Positions 57,353 through 64,000 of a stretch of DNA of 64,000 nucleotides are shown here, piece after piece (the first letter of the stretch is position 1; each line of letters begins with the position of its first letter). The translations under genes and the position numbers were made by a program. This DNA is from an uncultured Gammaproteobacteria bacterium (lineage in GTDB: Bacteria; Patescibacteriota; Microgenomatia; UBA8517), in NCBI GenBank assembly GCA_964427735.1, contig CAYRUS010000002.1, positions 67,734-131,733 on the forward strand. Direction: 5' to 3'. The notes under the pieces are model-generated. The model did no database searches. It had not been told where the DNA came from and worked only from the letters and a program-made list of their open reading frames with translations.

Positions 57353-58276
57353 TTACCCAGAAATCAACTTCCTGAATCTCCATAATTCTATAAATCTCAA
57401 ACCTACATATTTGCCAACTAGTATATCAAACACAGCAACAGACATTATTAATGCCTCTGGATGTAGTAAGGCAAACTCCTGCAAAGGTTCTAATGTCAAG
57501 AAAATATAGGAAACCAAGGCCAATATTAAGGTCTCTGTTGTAATGTTTATTGCTGTCTTTGCACTTTTACCTAATTGAACTTTTGTAAAGTCCTCCCCTA
57601 AAAGCACTAAAATCAAAACAGGGAAAATTGATACATTGGTAAGATTTTGAGATTGGAATAGTGGCGCAGCAAACAATACTCCTAAAACTCCAAGTACAAC
57701 AAACAGCAACAGCAAAGCCATTCTAGGCAAATACTGCAGCTTTACTTTAAGTTTCCTGAGCACAAACCTCATAGAAATGATAACAGTAACAATCACCAAA
57801 AATATACCTATACCAACAACAGGTCCTGTAGCAACAAATACAACAGAAAGTGCTGCAGGCAAAAATATGCCAAAACCACGAAGTCCAATTACATGCCTGG
57901 CTGCAGCAATCACAGCAGCAACAACTGGTAACAAAAGCAGTAATACTATTGTATTGGGGGGCACACCTGCAGCTACAGATTGGCGTATAGCATACTTTAT
58001 TGGATTATATGGAAAAACTCTATCTATTTTTTGCTCCTCTAAAAGCTTAGTCAATGGGTTTGTAGAATCTTCCGAGCGCTGAGTTATATCCGGTCTTGGT
58101 GTTGGTGTAGGTGTCGGCTCAGGAGATGGGCTAGGACTTGGGCTTGGAGATGGTGATGCAATAATTACAGATCTTGTCTGAGCCGAAGACTGAGAAGGTA
58201 AAATCAAATTTGCGGCAAAAAGAAATAACAAGAAAAATACAACTAATTTCTTAAACATACTCTTTCTATTATACAA
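57353..58276 (-). CDS. Signal peptide, extracellular (SP)n-rich segment and a 7-TM domain. The 7-TM module type is found with RimK-like ATP-grasp systems. No transglutaminase domain.
   Basis: PSPSPSPSPSPEPTPTPTPRP followed by seven hydrophobic helices. 6-nt gap to the ATP-grasp gene on the same strand. Confidence 0.5.
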   Translation of the reverse strand: MYNRKSMFKKLVVFFLLFLFAANLILPSQSSAQTRSVIIASPSPSPSPSPSPEPTPTPTPRPDITQRSEDSTNPLTKLLEEQKIDRVFPYNPIKYAIRQSVAAGVPPNTIVLLLLLPVVAAVIAAARHVIGLRGFGIFLPAALSVVFVATGPVVGIGIFLVIVTVIISMRFVLRKLKVKLQYLPRMALLLLFVVLGVLGVLFAAPLFQSQNLTNVSIFPVLILVLLGEDFTKVQLGKSAKTAINITTETLILALVSYIFLTLEPLQEFALLHPEALIMSVAVFDILVGKYVGLRFIELWRFRKLISG

Positions 58277-58305
58277 AGCTGTGTAGGTAATTGTAAAACT
58301 AAATC

Positions 58306-58632
58306 CTATTCTTGAAGTCCTTCATTTTCAATAATCCAAGCTCGTACATCGTCTGGTAATTCGTCTAACGAGTCAATGTCTAATAATGAAGCTACTAATT
58401 CTATACCTGTATCTCCTCCAGAAGTGATTTTATATTGTACTCTAGATTCTGCTATCAGACCCAAAATTAAAGCTTCTTTAATAGTGTGTTTAAGATGCTC
58501 TTCGTCTTCTCCGAAATATTTTCTATACAATTTTGAGTAATTCAGCGCAAATTCTTTTGCATTAGAAAGATTAGCAGCTAAAACAGGGCTCTGGGCAAGT
58601 ACCTTCTCTGCATCATTTGGTATTTCATTCAT
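58306..58632 (-). CDS. Hypothetical protein
   Basis: ORF track. Confidence 0.3.
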   Translation of the reverse strand: MNEIPNDAEKVLAQSPVLAANLSNAKEFALNYSKLYRKYFGEDEEHLKHTIKEALILGLIAESRVQYKITSGGDTGIELVASLLDIDSLDELPDDVRAWIIENEGLQE

Positions 58633-58762
58633 AACTGGAGTGATTATAATATGTCATCCTATATTTGGCGAGCCTTACTGATCTTAGGCTTAATTTCTAA
58701 ATTAAATACCCCCCCTACTTACCTATATTTTTAATTCAAAATGAAAGTGATATAATATAGCT

Positions 58763-59236
58763 ATGGCAGATTCAGAAAAGGACCATAAGCAAATACCGCC
58801 TATCAAACCCTTTATCCCTAATTTGGATAAGTATATTGAAGAACTTCTTGGGAAAACACCTGATCCTAAAAACAGGGCCATCGACAATGACACAAGTGAA
58901 GATGAGTCTTCTTCTTCTACTTGGGACTCATTAGATAAAGAAATTAATCTCTTAATTGAAAAAGAGAAACTAGCACTTCAAGCTTACAATAAATATCATA
59001 ACGATACAAAGCTTACGGATCCTGACCCTAACCGTCAGCAGGAAGTTTATCAAAATCTTCAAGAAATTCGATATAAAATAACTGAGTTAAGAAATGAACG
59101 AGATAGACTGTTTAAAAAGGCGTTTAGTCATGAGGATGCATATCGTTTCGAGTTGAGAAGAATTTTGGGTAGAAAACCAACAGAAGAAGAGCTGGAAAAC
59201 TTTATGAATAGCCCTGACAGACCTATTTTCCGCTAA
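58763..59236 (+). CDS. Hypothetical protein
   Basis: ORF track. Confidence 0.3.
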   Translation: MADSEKDHKQIPPIKPFIPNLDKYIEELLGKTPDPKNRAIDNDTSEDESSSSTWDSLDKEINLLIEKEKLALQAYNKYHNDTKLTDPDPNRQQEVYQNLQEIRYKITELRNERDRLFKKAFSHEDAYRFELRRILGRKPTEEELENFMNSPDRPIFR

Positions 59237-59245
59237 AGTAAATTA

Positions 59246-59902
59246 TCACGAATTAAATATCCTTCTGGCGTATACATCAAGACTTGTAATACCTTTCATC
59301 TTAAATATTTCATCACTAACAAAAGTGTCATAAACATCTTTATTCAACTCCCAATGGCATAATATTTCCCCTCTGTCCCAAACTTTTTTAATTACACCTA
59401 TATTTTCGAGATGCTCCCATTCTCTTTTGATACCTTTAGATTTTCCATGTCTATTAAAAAGAAATTGGTATGGTGGATAAATTAACTTTTCATCTCTCCT
59501 GACTTTTGCTAGTTCAAATTGGTCCGTCTTAAAAGCTGCAAAGAAAGGAAAAAGTACGTAACCAAAGGTTGTTGGGCTGCTTATTTGTCTCGCAAAACTA
59601 TGTTTGATAGCCTCCCAATAATCAGTTCCATTTTCACTTTGACTATATTGAATATCAGATCTGTCTAGATAAAGTGACATAACGCTGGCTAATTTTAAAA
59701 GTGTATAAGATGAATTAGATTCTAGTACTTCATCCGGTACAGATAACGCAAGTGCCTTTCTGTCTTCAAATGCTCTAGAAACATACCTTTTGTGGCTCTC
59801 CAGATCAAAAATCTGGTAGGCTAATCTTCTCAATGGAGGCAGTGATTCTAGTATTTCAGCTTCTTCTTCGTTTATTGTTTTCTTAACTCGCTCCATACTC
59901 AA
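59246..59902 (-). CDS. Hypothetical protein
   Basis: ORF track. Confidence 0.35.
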   Translation of the reverse strand: MSMERVKKTINEEEAEILESLPPLRRLAYQIFDLESHKRYVSRAFEDRKALALSVPDEVLESNSSYTLLKLASVMSLYLDRSDIQYSQSENGTDYWEAIKHSFARQISSPTTFGYVLFPFFAAFKTDQFELAKVRRDEKLIYPPYQFLFNRHGKSKGIKREWEHLENIGVIKKVWDRGEILCHWELNKDVYDTFVSDEIFKMKGITSLDVYARRIFNS

Positions 59903-60074
59903 TAGTTACAGGATATTATAGAAAATTAGAATTATATGGTCAAACTAAAAAATTTTTCTACAAATCTAAAATCTTGCTATAAATACCAAGATAGATTTCA
60001 TCTTTCATTTCATCTCCTTGTCAATAAAAGCTAAATCGAGTCTTTCGAGATACTCGCCTGCATATACCAAATTG

Positions 60075-60842
60075 TTACTCAAAGTTACACCATTCTAAAC
60101 CAGAATATACAACCATATATTCAATGAATTCCTTTTTGATTTCATCTTTATTTTGCCCCAAACTAATAGCCAATGTCTGAAGTCCTTCTTCTGGCAGAAG
60201 ACCATTTAACTTTAATTTACCAGTCACTTCTTCTATATTTAGTCCTTTTTTCTCCAATGCAAAGTATGCAACTCCCAAAATTAAATTATTTAAATCTGGC
60301 TTGAAATTTATCCTAAAAGTTTCTTTGTCTGTTTGTGTTAATATCTCCCTGCCTATACCCAAAATTCGTTTCACTTCCTCTTTTGTAAATCCTTCTCCTT
60401 CTTTATCCACTGCCGCACGTAATCCTCTTGCTACCCTTCCGTTCCCTTCTCTAAATTTATGTAAAAGCACATTGGCAAAATACACTCCATTTGCAAATCT
60501 GTTTCTATCAATCTCACCTGCTAGAAATCTTTCGGATAGCTTATTTAATATTGTATACTCAACACTTCTTGCGTTCTTAGGCTTCACCCAAATTGGACCT
60601 ACGGCATGCATCACAGCTGTCTCAGGAGTGGAGTAAATTAAGTCATCCGGATGAGCATCTACAACAGACCTATTTAATCTCTTTGAAGCAGCAACCAACA
60701 CATCAGCTAGGTTCTTTGAATCACCCCTCTTAATTACTTGTTCAATATTAACTAAAACTCCATTTAAACTTTCTGTAACTTTTGGAATTGTGTACTCCTT
60801 GAAGGAATCACTGTTTTTATCATTAGTGTTCTCCATATACAA
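60075..60842 (-). CDS. Fic/Doc family protein (AMPylation-type fold)
   Basis: Fic motif LLHKFREGNGRVARGL (HxFx[D/E]GNGRxxR). Confidence 0.75.
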   Translation of the reverse strand: MYMENTNDKNSDSFKEYTIPKVTESLNGVLVNIEQVIKRGDSKNLADVLVAASKRLNRSVVDAHPDDLIYSTPETAVMHAVGPIWVKPKNARSVEYTILNKLSERFLAGEIDRNRFANGVYFANVLLHKFREGNGRVARGLRAAVDKEGEGFTKEEVKRILGIGREILTQTDKETFRINFKPDLNNLILGVAYFALEKKGLNIEEVTGKLKLNGLLPEEGLQTLAISLGQNKDEIKKEFIEYMVVYSGLEWCNFE

Positions 60843-60844
60843 AT

Positions 60845-62197
60845 TTACGCCACTTTATCCTTTAAAGCTGAATAAAACTTTTCGAGGTAGTCTTCTGCGT
60901 TATCCCAGTGGTAATCACCAAAGCCAGCCTCTGCCATTTTTCTTTCATAAGCAGCCATAACTCTTAAATGGGCGAGGTTTGCAGCTTGAAATGCAGATAT
61001 TCTATAAACCTCAGCATAAAGCTGTCTTGCTGACTCCTCCACCTCACCTCTCGGAATACTATCAGATTCTATGTCTTTCCAAAATTTTACTTCTAAGTTG
61101 GCTACGATAGATGGCTCAAAAGCTAACTTTACCTCTTCTTTTATAATTTCATAAAAACCCACTAAGTGCTTTTTGGCTTTTCCCCATTTACTTCTTTTTC
61201 TTTCAGTAATTGCCTCAATCATGTACTTTGCAGCCATAGATGCGTGGTTTTTAGAAAGGCCGTATTGTTCTTTTAAGTGCATTACTGTATATTCGCTGAA
61301 TTTTGTACCTTCCGGAATCTTTGACAATCTCCACCAAGCTACTTCAAACTTTGCAGCTAACTCAGGAGTGAATTTAAATTGCTTTACTTCATCATTTCCG
61401 CCAAATCTTCTTCTTCTTCTGGAGTAATCTAAAATAGCTTCTTTTAATTTGTTTGGTGTAAATGCAGGAAAATTCAATGGCTCAAAGTACATTTCAGCAT
61501 AAATAGACTGCCAAGCAAGTACTCCGCTTGTCCTTTGTTCCCCGCTTGTTCTAATGATTAAATCAGGATATGGATAAGGTTGTCCGGATGTGTCCATGTA
61601 ACTGTCGATGAGTTTTGCATTAATCTTACTTGGATTAACTTTGTCCTCAAGCATCCTTTTGACGGCTCTCTCAAGCTCGTCTTGTCCATTGTAATCCAAA
61701 GCAAGGTTAAGAATGTGAGACTTATTGTCTTGAGTTTTTTCTTCTATCTCAGCAAGTTTATTTAAAAGTACTTTAGGAAGTCTATCTTTTCTTCCTAGAT
61801 GAATCACCTTTACATCATTTTCCATTGCTTCTTGGAAATACATGCCTAGTTCTCTGGAAATAAGCTTCATCAAAAATTTAACCTCGTTCTCTGGTCTTTC
61901 AATCCAGTTTTCCGTTGATAGACCCCAAGCAGTAGCTGTATGTATCCCCCATTTTCTAGCTGCTTCAAGCAGTTGAATCATGTTTTTGGTTCCTGCCCTA
62001 TGCCCCTCAATTGCAGTCAACCCTCTTGCTCTCGCCCAACGCCTATTTCCATCTGGAATTATGACTACATGGTTAGGAACTTTAGTGCCTTGTGGAAGCG
62101 AAAGATCAATATTCTTTTTAATCCTGGCCATAGACTCTAAAATTATACCACAAGAATTACTGAATACTGTCAAATATATTAGACCTCCCACCGTCAA
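60845..62197 (-). CDS. uppS: Undecaprenyl-diphosphate synthase (cis-prenyltransferase) with an unusual ~200-aa C-terminal extension. The likely start is the internal MARIKK at 62131.
   Basis: VVIIPDGNRRWARARGL, GHRAG, IIRTSGEQRTSG and RRRRFGG. Confidence 0.8.
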   Translation of the reverse strand: MTVGGLIYLTVFSNSCGIILESMARIKKNIDLSLPQGTKVPNHVVIIPDGNRRWARARGLTAIEGHRAGTKNMIQLLEAARKWGIHTATAWGLSTENWIERPENEVKFLMKLISRELGMYFQEAMENDVKVIHLGRKDRLPKVLLNKLAEIEEKTQDNKSHILNLALDYNGQDELERAVKRMLEDKVNPSKINAKLIDSYMDTSGQPYPYPDLIIRTSGEQRTSGVLAWQSIYAEMYFEPLNFPAFTPNKLKEAILDYSRRRRRFGGNDEVKQFKFTPELAAKFEVAWWRLSKIPEGTKFSEYTVMHLKEQYGLSKNHASMAAKYMIEAITERKRSKWGKAKKHLVGFYEIIKEEVKLAFEPSIVANLEVKFWKDIESDSIPRGEVEESARQLYAEVYRISAFQAANLAHLRVMAAYERKMAEAGFGDYHWDNAEDYLEKFYSALKDKVA

Positions 62198-62265
62198 TTA
62201 ATTACAATCAAATATTTATCCATTTTGAATATCTACAGGAGTACAGTCGTGTATAATATTCATCT

Positions 62266-63402
62266 ATGCCTACAGTAAAAAAAGTAATCACAGGGACAAA
62301 AAGCAAAGAGGCAAAAGAAGCAAAAAAAAACTTACTCAAATTTGTTGAAGTAATAAATAAAGAACTTGAAAATTACTTTGATGAGGAACTCAAATCCCCT
62401 TTTGGAATAGGTAAAGAAGAAAAGAAACTTACCACACAAATCTTTAAGCACATTAAAGAACACAATCTTCGCCCGGCAAAACGATTGAGAGCTTCTCTTG
62501 TTTATTATGGCTACAAACTATTTAATGGAAAAGACAAAAAAAACATTTTAAAGGCAGCTATGAGCATTGAGCTTGTCCACACAGCCCTGCTTATGCACGA
62601 TGATTTTATGGATAAAGATGAAACTAGGCGAGGAAAACCAACCACACACACTCTTTTTAGAGATTTGCACAAAAAAAACAAATTTAGAGGAGACCCTATC
62701 CATTATGGTGAAAGCATGGCTGTTGACGTAGGTGATGTGGCACTTTGTCTTGGATTTGAACTTTTAGCTAATTCTAAATTTTCTGATGATTATAAAATTA
62801 AGGCACTAGCACGTCTACACAGAGGAATAGCAAATACAGCAGTCGGTCAGGCTTATGACATTACTCTGGAAAGCCTTGGAAAGGCAAAAGAAAAAGATAT
62901 TCTTAATCTCCACCTAGCCAAAACAGCCATTTATACTTACGAGAATCCATTAAATATCGGTGCAACGCTAGCAGGAGCAACACATAAAGATTTACAACTA
63001 TTGACAGATTACTCATATCCGGCCGGTATTGCATTTCAGCTTCAGGATGATGTTTTGGGTCTTTTTGGAAATCCCGAAAAGACTGGTAAACCAGACAATT
63101 CTGATTTAAAACAAGGTAAGATGACACTGTTAATAATCAAAGCTTTAGAAACTGCTGATAAAAAGCAAAAACAAGCTCTTCTAAAGTACTGGGGAAAAGA
63201 AAATATAACAAAAAAAGAAGCAAATATCGTAAGAAAAATTGTTATTGATACCGGATCGTATGATTACTCCAAAAAGATCTCAAGAAAGTGGGCAAAAAAA
63301 GCTCAAGAAGTTATACCTGAGATGGAAAAAAGAAAATGGAACAAGGAAGCTATAAATTATCTAAACGGTATTGCTCAATATATGGTTGAAAGAGATATAT
63401 AG
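62266..63402 (+). CDS. trans-Polyprenyl diphosphate synthase (FPP/GGPP/longer-chain synthase family)
   Basis: FARM LLMHDDFMDKDETRRGKPTTH and SARM GIAFQLQDDVLG. Confidence 0.8.
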   Translation: MPTVKKVITGTKSKEAKEAKKNLLKFVEVINKELENYFDEELKSPFGIGKEEKKLTTQIFKHIKEHNLRPAKRLRASLVYYGYKLFNGKDKKNILKAAMSIELVHTALLMHDDFMDKDETRRGKPTTHTLFRDLHKKNKFRGDPIHYGESMAVDVGDVALCLGFELLANSKFSDDYKIKALARLHRGIANTAVGQAYDITLESLGKAKEKDILNLHLAKTAIYTYENPLNIGATLAGATHKDLQLLTDYSYPAGIAFQLQDDVLGLFGNPEKTGKPDNSDLKQGKMTLLIIKALETADKKQKQALLKYWGKENITKKEANIVRKIVIDTGSYDYSKKISRKWAKKAQEVIPEMEKRKWNKEAINYLNGIAQYMVERDI

Positions 63403-63406
63403 TTAC

Positions 63407-63847
63407 CTACTTTCCTTGAATTTGCTTTAGTACCTTAAACGGAAAATCTGTAAACTTCCCAATAAAAAGAGCACATGCGGAAAAGAGCGATCCCTTAAGC
63501 AAGGTCTCATATAGCATTAATTCGTCTTCTTTTGGATACCTTATGTAACTATAAATAATGCTACCTTCATTAATTTTTCTCTCTTCATATCCCTGTTTAG
63601 GCAAGGTAACTGATACCAAATCTACACCTCCGTAGTAGTCATTAATCTCAAGTGCCGATACTTCTAAAGTATCTCGATTTTTTTCCGGATTTCCCAATGC
63701 TACATAATACGTTGTCTCCGTTAGAGTCGTTGGAATTGTTTTGCATAATACAAATTTTTGACCAAATTTAATCTCAGCAAGAGACATACACCCCTCTTTG
63801 TGGCCTTTAGAAGCCTCCCTATTATGTCGTGGGTTTTCGGGACTCAT
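63407..63847 (-). CDS. Hypothetical protein
   Basis: ORF track. Confidence 0.3.
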   Translation of the reverse strand: MSPENPRHNREASKGHKEGCMSLAEIKFGQKFVLCKTIPTTLTETTYYVALGNPEKNRDTLEVSALEINDYYGGVDLVSVTLPKQGYEERKINEGSIIYSYIRYPKEDELMLYETLLKGSLFSACALFIGKFTDFPFKVLKQIQGK

Positions 63848-64000
63848 TAAAAGATCTTTTATATTATATCACTAAAATTAATGAATATTAACTTATTTAT
63901 TTTTCAAGATGCATCCTATATAATTTAACAAGGTTAACTTATAATAAAAATATGCAGGAAAGTAATCCAGATAAACTAAGAAGTGCAGAAACAAAAACAA

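Noticed and set aside
1-64000. Alternative genetic code (UGA recoding as in Gracilibacteria/SR1)
   Set aside because: Very long ORFs (927–1323 aa) and all conserved genes read through with standard stops. No evidence of in-frame TGA within conserved domains.
1-64000. CRISPR arrays, rRNA genes, IS/transposase or integrase genes
   Set aside because: No short regularly spaced direct repeats, no rRNA-like conserved stretches, and no DDE/tyrosine-recombinase motifs were seen in any translated frame. The islands have no recognisable mobility genes.

Overview
This window is low-GC bacterial DNA with strong AGGAGG Shine-Dalgarno sites, the standard genetic code, and frequent GTG/TTG starts. Its many small hypothetical proteins resemble a Candidate Phyla Radiation (CPR)/Patescibacteria-like genome, but that is an inference only. 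The backbone is the conserved tRNA-Thr–rpmG–tRNA-Trp–secE–nusG–rplK–rplA–rplJ–rplL locus. It keeps its ancestral order but is split into five pieces by large insertions, most of them coded on the opposite strand. The insertions carry several notable clusters. (1) 1–7.5 kb: three tandem paralogous N-terminally anchored surface proteins, each with two cohesin-like domains, a Pro/Thr linker and a C-terminal type-I dockerin. They sit beside a signal-peptide cohesin protein with a C-terminal TM anchor and a CapA-family protein. Two of the paralogs share a 608-bp stretch of 100% identity. Two very large dockerin-bearing secreted proteins lie at 19.8–26.6 kb: a PQQ beta-propeller protein and a GH-A-like glycoside hydrolase. 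(2) 14.9–18.8 kb: an extracytosolic Cu/flavin redox cluster made of a YcnI/DUF1775 protein, an FMN-binding-domain protein with an intact flavinylation motif, an ApbE flavin transferase and a polytopic membrane FAD/NAD oxidoreductase. It is followed by a membrane-tethered ECF sigma factor. (3) ~30–32 kb: a PAS/GAF histidine kinase, two sortases and a small acidic secreted protein. (4) An 8-kb island of 11 uncharacterised proteins between nusG and rplK. (5) 54.6–58.3 kb: an ATP-grasp (RimK-like)+retropepsin, 7TM and DUF1704-like peptide-ligase/peptidase cluster. (6) 60–63.4 kb: a Fic protein with UppS and a trans-polyprenyl synthase. A gene frameshifted at an A7 homopolymer and an ORF-track-missed rpmG are also noted. 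No rRNA, CRISPR array or obvious transposase was seen.
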